64,000 bases of DNA from Candidatus Poribacteria bacterium (lineage in GTDB: Bacteria > Poribacteria > WGA-4E > WGA-3G): positions 64,001 to 128,000 of the forward strand of contig CBDBFU010000003.1 in assembly GCA_965205025.1 (NCBI GenBank), given 5' to 3'. Below, in pieces: positions 20,557 to 31,687 of the stretch (position 1 is the stretch's first letter; each line of letters begins with the position of its first letter). Below the pieces are notes generated by a model. That model ran no database searches and had not been told where the DNA came from. It saw only the letters and a list, made by a program, of their open reading frames with translations. The position numbers were made by a program, and so were the translations under genes.

Positions 20557-20794
20557 ATTATTAAGTTAATGCCTTGTGCTATTTAACATTTAGCATTTTT
20601 ACATTTTACATGTCCGTCTTGTTTAGGTTGAATTCTATTATTCTCTGATACCTGATAACTTCTAAAGTAGGAGGGAACTTTGATTTCCGACTACAGACTG
20701 GTCGCGATTCCGAGTTCGCTCCAACAGAATATGAACAGTTGTGTAAAACAACAAAGCTGATACATAACTAACACATCTATTTATTAGGACTTTA

Positions 20795-21121
20795 ATGCCA
20801 TTTTTTGATATAAAATCACAACCAGAAATAAGTGCCTTTGATGGAGTTTCAATTCGAACAGTTCATGGTGAGAAATTAATGCTATCCTATGTGCATTTAG
20901 AACCACATAGTATAGTGACTGAACATAGTCATCCACATGAACAGATGGGTATGGTATTAGAAGGGATATTCGAATTGAATATTGACGGAGACTCCAGAAT
21001 ACTTACTAAAGGTGATACATACCTAATTCCATCTGATACCAAACATAGTGCCCGAGCCTTTGATAACCCCGCTATTGCACTTGATATATTTAGTCCACCA
21101 CGGGAAGATTATATCAATTGA
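20795..21121 (+). CDS. Cupin domain protein
   Basis: HSHPHEQ...IPSDTKH...DIFSPPREDY. Confidence 0.9.
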   Translation: MPFFDIKSQPEISAFDGVSIRTVHGEKLMLSYVHLEPHSIVTEHSHPHEQMGMVLEGIFELNIDGDSRILTKGDTYLIPSDTKHSARAFDNPAIALDIFSPPREDYIN

Positions 21122-21888
21122 CTAAAAATCTATATATTACAGTTAAATCATTAGAATCTACTGGATTAGTCAAAGCAGGTATAAGTCAACGAATAGGTGG
21201 AGTAAGTCCACCACCATACAGATCACTAAACCTTGCAACCCATGTTAGGGACAATCTGGACAATGTCACCAGAAATCAACAGAAATTATCTAAACAAACA
21301 GGGATAAAGACATTAAAGTATTGCAATCAGATCCATAGTGATAAGGTTATTGATGCAGACCAAATAACTCACCCATATTGGAATGGAATTGGTTCTGCAG
21401 AATCTACTCCAACCGGAGATGCTCTTATATCTAAAATCAATAACACAACATTAGGCGTATTTACTGCAGACTGTATCCCAATATCTATTTTAGATCTCAA
21501 CACACCATCAATAGCAATTGTTCATGCGGGTTGGCGTGGAACAGAAGCACAAATTGCTATCAAGACACTTAATAAAATGAAGGAGGATTATGGAACAAAA
21601 GCCGATAACTGTCTTATCCATTTAGGTCCATCCATACAGAAGTGTTGTTATGAAGTTGGGGCAGATTTACTATCAAAGTTTAGTCAGAAATTCGGTGATT
21701 CTGTTGTCTATGGTAATCACCTATGTTTACAAACAGCGAATGTTAACCAGTTGATTGACTACTCAGTTCCTGAAACTTCCATTTCAATTTCGCCATTTTG
21801 TACCTCTTGTAACCTCAATCGTTTTTATTCTTATCGAGTTGAAGGTCAAGAAACTGGTAGGATGTTATCATATATACAGTTAATATGA
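21118..21888 (+). CDS. pgeF: Peptidoglycan editing factor / purine nucleoside phosphorylase (YfiH)
   Basis: NQIHS, FTADCIP, VHAGWRG, GPSIQKCCYEVG, FYSYR...GRM. Confidence 0.92.
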   Translation: MTKNLYITVKSLESTGLVKAGISQRIGGVSPPPYRSLNLATHVRDNLDNVTRNQQKLSKQTGIKTLKYCNQIHSDKVIDADQITHPYWNGIGSAESTPTGDALISKINNTTLGVFTADCIPISILDLNTPSIAIVHAGWRGTEAQIAIKTLNKMKEDYGTKADNCLIHLGPSIQKCCYEVGADLLSKFSQKFGDSVVYGNHLCLQTANVNQLIDYSVPETSISISPFCTSCNLNRFYSYRVEGQETGRMLSYIQLI

Positions 21889-22124
21889 ATTGAATCTAAT
21901 AGAGAATACCCATATCAGCTGGTAGGACCAGTCATCTAACCTTCTCATTTAAATAGTAGAACAAATTCTTACTTGTACCTTAGAAAATTCACCAACAATA
22001 ACAAGTAAGAACAATCAATTTACGAATCATAGCCACACCTAATCTTATTTGCTTTATTGTAAAAAAAATGGTATCATTAACCAACCGAGAATGGGTATTC
22101 GGTTTTTACCGAGTGAGGAATTGA

Positions 22125-22460
22125 ATGCGTTCATTTTTTCTCTCATTATCAATCTTGTCAAGCCTGATCGGCCTCTATTTTATTTTCCGCGGATGTATAC
22201 ATCCAACATTATACACTAAGGAATTATCAAAAGAGAATACAACTGCTGTAAGGGTTACCCAAGTATATACTGAGGCTACTTATCGGGTTGTTCTGGGTAT
22301 CGGTTTTACTTCATTTGCTATCTTTACAGGCATATCAGGATTATTGATTTCAACTGATGAAGTAAAAAAGGAGATTGCCTTCGTAATTGGTAAGATTACA
22401 AAGAAGACATCAGTTTCATCAGAATCAGACAGTGCCCAAGACGAGAAGGATGAATCTTGA
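22125..22460 (+). CDS. Hypothetical two-TM membrane protein
   Basis: Two hydrophobic segments; stop overlaps the yggS start. Confidence 0.6.
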   Translation: MRSFFLSLSILSSLIGLYFIFRGCIHPTLYTKELSKENTTAVRVTQVYTEATYRVVLGIGFTSFAIFTGISGLLISTDEVKKEIAFVIGKITKKTSVSSESDSAQDEKDES

Positions 22461-23185
22461 ATCAAATTACACAGAATCTTGATACCGTGAAGCAACGCAT
22501 TACAGATGCCGCACAACGGAGCGGGAGATTACCTGAAAAGATAGGACTTATTGCTGTAACCAAAGGAGTTGACGTTTCACAGATTCAAAACATAATTGAT
22601 GAAGGGGTCACTGATATCGGGGAAAACAGGATTCAAGAAGCACAAAAAAAATATGACATTATCAATCAAAGTAAAGAGAACGGAACACAAGAAAATAATA
22701 TAAACTGCAATTGCAACTGGCATCTGATAGGACATCTACAACGAAATAAGGTTAAATCTGCTTTAGAGATGTTCTCACTAATTCATTCAGTAGATAGCAT
22801 TCGCTTATATAAAGAGATATCTAATCGGTCTAAAGAAAAAAAGAATCCAACGAGAGTCTTATTACAAATTAATACAACAGGGGAAGTCAGCAAATTCGGT
22901 ATAGCTGTAGATGAAGTAATAAGTTTTATAGAGGAGGCACATACATATCCTAATGTGGCGATATGTGGATTGATGACAATTGGTATTTTAAGTGTTTCAC
23001 CAGAGGATAATCGTCCAGCTTTTGAATTACTCAGGAATCTATCTGAGAAAATTGAAAAACAACAATTTTCTGGTGTTGAAATGCAATATCTATCAATGGG
23101 TATGACGAATGATTTTGAAATTGCAATTGAAGAAGGAGCAAACTTAGTTAGAATAGGAACTGCTATCTTTGGTATAGATAACTAA
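22457..23185 (+). CDS. yggS: PLP homeostasis protein YggS
   Basis: IAVTK, GENRIQE, WHLIGHLQRNK, LSMGMTNDFEIAIEEGA..VRIGTAIFG. Confidence 0.95.
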   Translation: MNQITQNLDTVKQRITDAAQRSGRLPEKIGLIAVTKGVDVSQIQNIIDEGVTDIGENRIQEAQKKYDIINQSKENGTQENNINCNCNWHLIGHLQRNKVKSALEMFSLIHSVDSIRLYKEISNRSKEKKNPTRVLLQINTTGEVSKFGIAVDEVISFIEEAHTYPNVAICGLMTIGILSVSPEDNRPAFELLRNLSEKIEKQQFSGVEMQYLSMGMTNDFEIAIEEGANLVRIGTAIFGIDN

Positions 23186-23282
23186 TAATTATTTGACGAT
23201 CACTCTATTGTTGAAGTTGATAGTGGTAACGGAATATAATGCTGAGTAAGAGAGTATAAATGACGATTAGTGGAGAGAATAA

Positions 23283-24098
23283 GTGGAAGAATACCTTAAA
23301 TTAGGTGTGATTGGTATAGGGAAAATGGGAGGTATTATTGTCAGAAGTATTGTAAATGACCTTCTTTCTCCACAACATATCTCAATTGTTGATCTTGATC
23401 AAAAACTTGTATCCCAATTGTGTGATGAAACTGGGGTGACAGCCGTATCAGACATACCAGAATTGTTAACTACTACAGATTATATTCTATGTGCTGTTCC
23501 TCCTGTTGCTATTCCAAATATCCTACCTCAGATATCCGAAAGTATAACAGATAAACAGTGGTTGATTAGCATAGCAGCTGGAGTATCAACAACAACTTTG
23601 GAATCATATTTTGATTCTCCTCCACCAATAGTACGAGTTATGCCAAATATTGCCGCTTCAGTTGGGGCTGCGGTTTCTGTCATATCTGCTGGTATTGCTG
23701 CTAAGGAAGGACATCTAAAGCAAACACAAAATGTGTTTGATACTTGTGGTATTACACTAATCATGGAAGAACGTCATATAAATGCTGTAACAGGAGTAAG
23801 TGGTAGCGGTCCTGCTTATGTCGCACTTTTTATTGAGGCATTAGCTGATGCAGGAGTTCTGGTTGGTCTTCCGCGTCAAGATGCACAGACTTTAGCAATC
23901 CACACTGTATTAGGAGCAGCAACTATTATGACGGAATCTAATGAACACCCAGCAACGTTAAAAAATCGTGTAACGACTCCAGGCGGAACAACTGCCGCTG
24001 GACTTCATGCACTTGAAAAGGGTGGATTAAGGGCGACAATTACTGAAGCAATACTTTCAGCCACAGAACGAGCAAAAGAACTTGATACGAGTAATTAA
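23283..24098 (+). CDS. proC: Pyrroline-5-carboxylate reductase
   Basis: GIGKMG, ISIAAG, VRVMPN, GSGPAY, VTTPGGTT. Confidence 0.95.
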   Translation: MEEYLKLGVIGIGKMGGIIVRSIVNDLLSPQHISIVDLDQKLVSQLCDETGVTAVSDIPELLTTTDYILCAVPPVAIPNILPQISESITDKQWLISIAAGVSTTTLESYFDSPPPIVRVMPNIAASVGAAVSVISAGIAAKEGHLKQTQNVFDTCGITLIMEERHINAVTGVSGSGPAYVALFIEALADAGVLVGLPRQDAQTLAIHTVLGAATIMTESNEHPATLKNRVTTPGGTTAAGLHALEKGGLRATITEAILSATERAKELDTSN

Positions 24099-24112
24099 GA
24101 AGGAACAAAGTT

Positions 24113-24373
24113 GTGGAACTATTGGCTGGATTACTCAAACATCTCTTAAACATTTACATGCTTGTTATTATCCTGAATGTAATTTTATCATGGGTTGTAT
24201 TCGGTACACAGAATATAGTCATTCGTCGGATTTATCTGGTTACAGGACAATTCGTTGATCCCCTATTGCAACCGATTCGAACATTTCTAAATCCAATGAC
24301 TCGAAACATTGGAATTGATTTTTCTCCAATTGTCTTAATTGTACTCTTAGGTATACTTGAATCATGGTTATAA
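24113..24373 (+). CDS. yggT: YggT family membrane protein
   Basis: ILSWV, DPLLQPIR, IDFSPIV. Confidence 0.9.
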   Translation: MELLAGLLKHLLNIYMLVIILNVILSWVVFGTQNIVIRRIYLVTGQFVDPLLQPIRTFLNPMTRNIGIDFSPIVLIVLLGILESWL

Positions 24374-24448
24374 TTTTAGAGGCTTTAGCCTACTCTGGCT
24401 TGTATACATGATTCTTCTTAATCTTTATAAACAAATCAAACCTGTCTT

Positions 24449-27025
24449 ATGAAAAAGACGAACACACCTACACGGAACTCTAATTCAGATCCTTCTAAGA
24501 GTCTAATCCATAAAAAACCAGTTTCTACAAAAGTACAAGAGTCTACATTCGAATACAGACTTGCTTCGGATATAGTCCAATTTTGGACAACACAAAACGT
24601 CTATTCGGACAAGGAAAAAAACTCTGAAACACCAACTTCTGTGATTCGAGAGATGCCTACACCTGTTTCTACACTCAGTTTTGATACATTACGTAGGAAA
24701 CTATATCAAGATACATACCTTAAATTTGAATTGATGCAAGGCAACTCTGTCAATTACACTCCATTATGGGAGACTTTTCCATTTAGTATTGAATCTATTG
24801 TAATAAAAGGCAATAATGACACTGCAAATATGACCAAATTTAGAAAGCAATGTCGTCAAATTTTTGCACAACATCTAAAATCTCAACAAGAGAAATTTAT
24901 TAATCTTGGTATTTTTGCTGATTGGAAATCTGCTGAAAAATCTTTAGATACACGATATGAAACAAAAATGTTTTCTCATTTTGACAGATTACGTGAACAT
25001 AGTTTTTTACGAGATGAATTACGACTCAGTCATTGGTGTCCAAACTGTATTTTACCTTTGGAATCTGGAAAAACTGTAAACACCATTTCTACTTCAGAAT
25101 TATATACTTATGTTAAGTTTCCATTAAATATTGGTTATGAAGATTTTGGAAAGAATGTCTACTTTACCATTCAATTTACAGAAAAACAACTATGGGAAGT
25201 AGTCGGAACTATAGCATTAGGGATAACAAATAATGTTACATATTGGTTAACACACTATCAAGATGATTATCTAATTTTTGCTGAGCCTCATCTAAAGAAA
25301 TTCGTTGGTAGAAGCAAAAAACCTAAATTATGTCCTAAACCTATAGCAAAATTAGATGTTGGCACACTAAAAGATTGTACTGTTACCCATCCACTTTTTT
25401 CTCTAAACGAATTACCTATCGTTATTATTCCAGATGGGGTAATCTCTAATATTGCTGAATTTGATAATCGTAAGGAATTAATCTCTGGGATCATTCCAAT
25501 AAACCCATCACATCATACACTAAGTTATTCAATCATAAACTCTTTAGATGATTTCGAAGAGACAGACTTAAAATCACTTATACATTCTACATCAACTGCA
25601 CCAATATTTGACGAGAATGGAAGGTTCACTGAAGATGCAGACACACTATGTGGGTTAGATTTGTCTCAAGTTACGCCTTTTATAACTGATGAATTTGAAG
25701 CAAAAGGTATGTTAATAAAAACGCGAAAACAGATGACAAAACAGCATCAATGTCAAATTTGCGAAGGCATTTCAGTGTCTCGACCTTATCGACACTGGGT
25801 TTTTTCATTCGGGGCAAGTGAGATAAAGCGAGAAGTAACCAATTCCCCTGAATATTGGGAACATTATGATGAAAGTCTACGAAATCTTATTCTTGGTGAA
25901 GTAGCAAAAGTTAATGAATTGACTGTATCTTCAGAAAGACAGTGGGGAATACCGCTACCTGTTCTAAGGTGTGATAACTGTAATGAGCTATTAGCAGATA
26001 AAAAAATACTTCGATCTGTGAGGAGTTCTATTCGTAGAGGTGCTGAACAATGGTTTCGTTTGAGTGTTGAAGAACTCTTGCCAGCAGAAACTGTATGCGA
26101 AAATTGTAATTCCAAAGATTTTAGGAAAGAATCAACATATATCGAAAGTTACTTTGCAAATTTGTTGCAAGCACTTGATACATCAGATTTTAAGAAAACG
26201 GTACATGAATCATTTAATAGTATTGCATTTGTACCTGAAGCAAAATTTATTGAGTGGTTGGGACAATTAAGTATAATTTCTGCTTCTCTTCAACAAAGTA
26301 GACCAACAAAAGATAGCCAACCCTATAAGAATCTACGAATAATTCCATTATCAGATATATCAAATGATTCAGAGATTCAGGATACTATTATAGAGAAATA
26401 TCCCGCCGATGTAATAAGAATTGTATCTTTAGGCACAAATTTACAGAATGCTAATTCTGACGAGGACATTCCTGAGTATCTTGAATCCCAAATGAAAAAG
26501 ACTAATAGTAAGTATATACAATTGAAGATTTTACTAACAAACGCCATAGAAGTTAGTATGAAACTTGAAAATAGTAATAGCACAAAACAGAGAAGAAGGA
26601 GAACATTTAATCCGATTACTTTCAAAATACAAAACCTAAAAGAGACTGACTATTTGACATTATCAAAAATTAACGATTCAATTAGTAGGATAGACGAAGC
26701 ATACCAGTCAAAAACATATCATATCATCTTTGATTTACTATCGGATTTATGTGTTGAAGAATTTGTTAAGTATATACAATTGTGTCAAAATGACCTTACT
26801 GAGGAAAACTTAAAATCTACCCAAAGTACAATAACGGCAATTTTGAAAGTTGTAATTCAAAGACTTGCTCCTATTACACCATTCTTAGCAGAGGATTTAA
26901 ATAAAGCAGTATTTACCTCTTCAAAAAGTATTTTTGAAGAAAAATGGGTTAATTTACCACAAACTAATTGGAATGATGACATGGTTGAGGAGTGGAAGAC
27001 TCTCATATCAAAAAACAATAAATGA
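24449..27025 (+). CDS. Isoleucyl-tRNA synthetase homologue with degenerate catalytic motifs (probable pseudoenzyme)
   Basis: IleRS-like architecture (LGIFADW, WCPNC, YVKFPL, HPLF, DENGRFTEDA, RQWGIPLP, ELLP..CENC..FRKE, PYK, IIEKYPADVIR, LAPITPFLAE) in the yggT-ileS-lspA position; no HIGH or KMSKS. Confidence 0.85.
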   Translation: MKKTNTPTRNSNSDPSKSLIHKKPVSTKVQESTFEYRLASDIVQFWTTQNVYSDKEKNSETPTSVIREMPTPVSTLSFDTLRRKLYQDTYLKFELMQGNSVNYTPLWETFPFSIESIVIKGNNDTANMTKFRKQCRQIFAQHLKSQQEKFINLGIFADWKSAEKSLDTRYETKMFSHFDRLREHSFLRDELRLSHWCPNCILPLESGKTVNTISTSELYTYVKFPLNIGYEDFGKNVYFTIQFTEKQLWEVVGTIALGITNNVTYWLTHYQDDYLIFAEPHLKKFVGRSKKPKLCPKPIAKLDVGTLKDCTVTHPLFSLNELPIVIIPDGVISNIAEFDNRKELISGIIPINPSHHTLSYSIINSLDDFEETDLKSLIHSTSTAPIFDENGRFTEDADTLCGLDLSQVTPFITDEFEAKGMLIKTRKQMTKQHQCQICEGISVSRPYRHWVFSFGASEIKREVTNSPEYWEHYDESLRNLILGEVAKVNELTVSSERQWGIPLPVLRCDNCNELLADKKILRSVRSSIRRGAEQWFRLSVEELLPAETVCENCNSKDFRKESTYIESYFANLLQALDTSDFKKTVHESFNSIAFVPEAKFIEWLGQLSIISASLQQSRPTKDSQPYKNLRIIPLSDISNDSEIQDTIIEKYPADVIRIVSLGTNLQNANSDEDIPEYLESQMKKTNSKYIQLKILLTNAIEVSMKLENSNSTKQRRRRTFNPITFKIQNLKETDYLTLSKINDSISRIDEAYQSKTYHIIFDLLSDLCVEEFVKYIQLCQNDLTEENLKSTQSTITAILKVVIQRLAPITPFLAEDLNKAVFTSSKSIFEEKWVNLPQTNWNDDMVEEWKTLISKNNK

Positions 27026-27540
27026 AATATGACAATGGTGTGTTATATAACGTGTTGAAAAAAATTAGAAACCTAAAGACAATATTACCATTAGTTTTAG
27101 TGGCAATACCAATTTTTATTCTTGATTATGTGACAAAATTATTAATCCAAATGTATATTCCTGAGGGAACAGGATACCCGATAATTCCAGGTTTCTTCAA
27201 TTTAAGACATGATAGAAATAGTGGTGCTGCCTTTGGTATATTAGCTGATCAACGTACCTTTCTTGTTTTAGTAACTATTGTTGCACTTATTTTTATCTTT
27301 TTTTACTATTTTCGATTTAGACACAGTGGATGGATGCGGATATCACTTGGGTTTCTATTAGGTGGGGCTGTTGGGAACTTCTTAGATCGAATTGTCTTAG
27401 GTGAGGTCGTTGACTTCCTTCAATTTGGAATAGTAAGTAAAAGACTATACTGGCCAACTTTTAATGTCGCTGATATTTCTGTTTGTATCGGGGCAGGGAT
27501 GTTAATTGTATATCTTTTTCGTCTTCAAAGTACAGAATGA
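27022..27540 (+). CDS. lspA: Lipoprotein signal peptidase II
   Basis: LDYVTK, NSGAAFG, GAVGNFLDR, VVDF, WPTFNVADI. Confidence 0.96.
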   Translation: MKYDNGVLYNVLKKIRNLKTILPLVLVAIPIFILDYVTKLLIQMYIPEGTGYPIIPGFFNLRHDRNSGAAFGILADQRTFLVLVTIVALIFIFFYYFRFRHSGWMRISLGFLLGGAVGNFLDRIVLGEVVDFLQFGIVSKRLYWPTFNVADISVCIGAGMLIVYLFRLQSTE

Positions 27541-27617
27541 GTATTACAGTAAATTAATGATGAACATAATTTTCATGGATAGATCTGTTCCATTTATATT
27601 AGGATGATAAAAAATCA

Positions 27618-28193
27618 ATGAATAATTATACAATACTATACAGTTTTCTCCTATTATTTTTGCCATTCATGATAACCAATCAATCACAGGCACAATTCAT
27701 ACCACAACAAACACAAGAGACACCGGATTCTGAATATCATGAAAGTGCTTTAAGAAGATTTGAAATTATCACCTTAAGTGCTTTCCCTTTCACTGCTGTT
27801 CATAGTTATTTAGGTGTACGAGGTATACAAATGATACAACAGAATAAGATCGCTCCTGTCCTAACACCTAAGAATTATAGAATCATGGGAATTAGTGCAG
27901 TTTCTTTATCTCTATTTATTGGGGTGTGGGATTGGTACCATACTCGCAATGTTGATAGATCTGAACCCAGTATCCCTGGTCACGAACATCCATCTCCACC
28001 ACAAGATGAGATTCCTGACGATGGTAGTATTGCTCGTGCAACCTACTATGGACCATATTCGACAAATATATATTTGAATAATCAGTCTCCTAATCAAATT
28101 CCCTCCATGAAACCGTTATGTATGGGATTGAATAAATGGATGAACGAACAATCTACGCTGATTTCTCTTACATTGCTTGAAATACGCTTTTAA
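27618..28193 (+). CDS. Hypothetical membrane protein
   Basis: Signal peptide; ESALRRFEII..AFPFT hydrophobic hairpin. Confidence 0.65.
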   Translation: MNNYTILYSFLLLFLPFMITNQSQAQFIPQQTQETPDSEYHESALRRFEIITLSAFPFTAVHSYLGVRGIQMIQQNKIAPVLTPKNYRIMGISAVSLSLFIGVWDWYHTRNVDRSEPSIPGHEHPSPPQDEIPDDGSIARATYYGPYSTNIYLNNQSPNQIPSMKPLCMGLNKWMNEQSTLISLTLLEIRF

Positions 28194-28253
28194 GGATAAG
28201 TTTATTCTGATATATTAATTCTTACCATATTCCTATGAGATAATTTTGAATAA

Positions 28254-29235
28254 ATGCGTATACTCTTTATGGGCACAAGTGAATTTGCTGTTCCTGCTTT
28301 AAAATGAACTTATTGTCCAGAATTTCAATATCATTGGGGTTGTAACACAACCAGACAGACCCAAAGGCAGAGGAAGAAAATTAAGTCCTTCCCCAATAAA
28401 ATCACTTGCAACAGAACACAGTCTTCAGATAATCCAACCAGAGAAAATTAGAATGAAGGAATCTGTAGATGAATTGTTAAAACTCCAACCTGATGTCATA
28501 GTCGTTGCTGCCTTTGGACAACTTCTCCCACAGACAATATTAGACATTCCTCCTTGTGGAGTCATTAATATACATCCTTCCATACTTCCAAAATATAGAG
28601 GGGCAGCACCAATACAATGGGCAGTAATAAATGGAGAAAAGGAGACTGGTGTGTCTCTCATGTTATTAGACCAAGGTGAAGATACAGGAGATGTAATATC
28701 TATTGATAAAGTAAAGATTACTGATGAAGATACAGTAAAAACTGTACACGACAAATTAGCGAATTTAGGAGCAAAACGACTCGCTGCTTTAATAGCAAAA
28801 TTACCTAAAGAAAAACCTCCTTCAGCAATACCACAGAATCATAAGAATGCTACCCATGCACCACGACTCACTAAAGAGATTGGACATATTAATTGGAATC
28901 ATAATGCTACTGATATCCATAACCTAATACGAGGAACTATGGGGTGGCCAGGAGCATCAACTGTATACGGGGAAGGATTACAGGTAAAAATCATAAAGGA
29001 CTATACCACATAAAAATAGAAAACACTGCTGTTGATACCACATTAAAGAAACAACCAGGTAGAATACAGATTACTGCAGAACGCAAAATTGTATGTAATC
29101 ACTGGCGAAGGTGAACTTCAGATACTACAAGTTCAACCTGCTACAAAAACTGTCATGGAAGTTAGTGACTTTATCAATGGATATCAAATTAAGACTGGAG
29201 ATCGTTTCTATAGGTTAAATAGTAATCCAGAGTAA
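28254..29235 (+). CDS. fmt: Methionyl-tRNA formyltransferase; frameshifts near 28305, 29010 and 29090 are probably sequencing errors
   Basis: MRILFMGTSEFAVPAL, VVTQPDRPKGRG, INIHPSILPKYRGAAPIQWA, QVQPATK..EVSDFING. Confidence 0.9.
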
Positions 29236-29240
29236 TAGGA

Positions 29241-30212
29241 TTGAGTATGAATAAACTTAACAACATATTATTTAGATTAACTAATGTTGCCATATATCTT
29301 CTCATTGTGATGACTATTATCGGTTTCTTAATTGTGGCTGTCATAATTCCACAGTGGGTTAAGTCAACCGAGATATTAGTTCCTAATCTAATCGGAAAGG
29401 ATTATTGGCAAGCTGTAGATACACTTGGAAATATAGGATTAAAACCAGACGACATAATTCAGCAAGCGAATAGTAATCAACCAAAGGGACAGGTCATTAC
29501 ACAGGAGCCACCTGCAAACTTTAGTATAAAACCACATCACAAGGTTAAAATCACTGTAAGCGTTGGAACTGACCTATCCCCTGTGCCTTCTGTAATAGGA
29601 AAATCTATTGATGCCGCATACGAAACTTTACAATCTGCTGGTTTTCGGGTTAATACTACAGCACGAGTCCACTCAACGAATTACCTTCAAGATATTGTGA
29701 TTGCTCAGTCTCCATCTGAAAATAGCAATTTCCAAATGAATGCAGAAATTAACTTATTAGTTAGTAAGGGCAGAAAAGCACAGAATATACAATTACCTGA
29801 TTTAACAAATCAACCCTTAAATGAGGTGTTAGCCACACTTCAAGAAATGGGAATGGATGTTGATGTAAGCTATAGTCCACACCCTACAATTCCAGATGGA
29901 CACATCATTGGACACAAACGATTACTACAGATTGGTGATCGAATCACTCTTAAAGTGAGTGGACAACGAGAATTAACTGAAAATACAGGAAGATGGTTGA
30001 AACACAAACACACTGTTACCGAAATCGGAAATATGGCTAAAAAAATCGAGATTGTTATTGTCGATGCATATAGTGAACGTAAATTAAAACCTGTTTACAT
30101 TTCACCAGGAACAGTAATTGACATGGAGAAAATGAGAATTCGAGTTTTTGGTCCTACCCTTGTCATTGTATTTGAAGATGGGAAGAAAGTATCTGAACGA
30201 CAATATCAGTAG
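29241..30212 (+). CDS. PASTA domain membrane protein (3 PASTA repeats, no kinase domain)
   Basis: TM helix, then VPNLIGK, VPSVIGK and LPDLTNQ repeats with VITQEP/VIAQSP. Confidence 0.88.
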   Translation: MSMNKLNNILFRLTNVAIYLLIVMTIIGFLIVAVIIPQWVKSTEILVPNLIGKDYWQAVDTLGNIGLKPDDIIQQANSNQPKGQVITQEPPANFSIKPHHKVKITVSVGTDLSPVPSVIGKSIDAAYETLQSAGFRVNTTARVHSTNYLQDIVIAQSPSENSNFQMNAEINLLVSKGRKAQNIQLPDLTNQPLNEVLATLQEMGMDVDVSYSPHPTIPDGHIIGHKRLLQIGDRITLKVSGQRELTENTGRWLKHKHTVTEIGNMAKKIEIVIVDAYSERKLKPVYISPGTVIDMEKMRIRVFGPTLVIVFEDGKKVSERQYQ

Positions 30213-30267
30213 AATTTCTCCTATCAAATTGATTAGAATATTAAAGTATATCGTATATTAACTAACA

Positions 30268-30940
30268 ATGAATATTAAAAATGTAGACACACCTAAAATT
30301 GCACCATCCCTATTAGCAGCTGATTTCAGTTGTTTTGGTGATGAGGTGGAACGCGTAACACAAGCTGGGGCGGATCTACTTCATTTCGATGTCATGGATG
30401 GTGTCTTGGTGCCAAATTTCGGTATTAGTCCTCCTTTAATTGCTTCAGTACGTGATAAGACAAAGCTCGTATTTGATGTTCATATTATGGTAGCACATCC
30501 ACTTTCTTATATTGAGGCACTCGTTGACGCCGGGTCAGACATAATTACATTTCATATTGAATCACATGATGATCCAAATAAAGTTATAGAAGCAATTAAA
30601 AAATATAATGTTTCTGTAGGAATAGCATATTCCCCGAATACCCAAAACAGATGCTGTTATACCATACCTATCCTATATTGACCTAATTTTACCAATGAGT
30701 GTTGAACCGGGATTTGGTGGGCAAAGTTTTTTGCCGAATACCTTAGAAAAAATTAAAGAATTGCATAATCTCATAAATGATTTAGATAATTCTCCTGATA
30801 TATCTGTAGATGGTGGAGTGACAACAGTAATTAGTCCTTCCGCAATACAGAATGGGGCAACTATACTTGTTGCAGGTACAGCAATTTTAAAGAGTGATAA
30901 TCCACAGGAAATTATAAAACAGTTACGTACAGTAGAATAG
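30268..30940 (+). CDS. rpe: Ribulose-phosphate 3-epimerase (frameshift near 30640)
   Basis: IAPSLLAADF, HFDVMDG, DVHIM, MSVEPGFGGQ, VDGG split over two ORFs. Confidence 0.92.
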
Positions 30941-30960
30941 GTCAATTTATAAATTCTGAG

Positions 30961-31687
30961 ATGTATATGCATACATTTTATGTGCCACCTAACCAAATAA
31001 GTGGAGACTTTACGAAAATTTATGGTTCAGAACATCATCAATTACGGAATGTTCTGCGACTAAATTCGGGAGATAATGTACGGATTATTGACGGTATTGG
31101 AAATATATTAATCGCAGAAATATCTAATATTCGAAATGATTCAACTATTGTCAGCATAATTGACCATCAGATTCAATTAAAAAAGAAACCTGAGATCAGT
31201 CTTTTTCAAGGTATACCGAAAAACAATAGGATGGAGTTGATTCTACAAAAAACTACTGAACTTGGTTTAACTAAAGTCGTTCCAGTACTGACAAAACGAT
31301 CCTTACAAGAAGTGAATGAAAACCGAATTGAACGCTGGAAAAAGATCGTTATTTCTGCCACTAAACAATGTCAGACTTCGTGGTTAACTAATCTCAGTGA
31401 AGTACATGACTTCAAAGAATGTCTAAAGCAGTTACATTTCTATGACCTTAAGATAATTTTTGTGGGAAAATGAGGAAAAATATCATATTAAAACTATATT
31501 ACAGCAGACCGAACATATTGGATCTATCGCAGTATTAGTTGGACCTGAAGGTGGGTTCGAGGAAGAAGAGGTAAAATACGCAGTTGAATACGGATGTAAA
31601 CCTGTATCGTTAGGATCAAACATATTAAGAACCGAAACAGCTGCAATTGCAATTACTGCTATCATAAATTATGTATACCAGAATTAA
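30961..31687 (+). CDS. rsmE: 16S rRNA m3U1498 methyltransferase (frameshift in a T-run near 31460)
   Basis: HQLRNVLR, QKTTELG, VGPEGGF, LGSNILRTETA. Confidence 0.92.

Noticed and set aside
28254-28310. TGA early in fmt as selenocysteine or readthrough
   Set aside because: The downstream coding sequence is in a different frame, so this is an indel.
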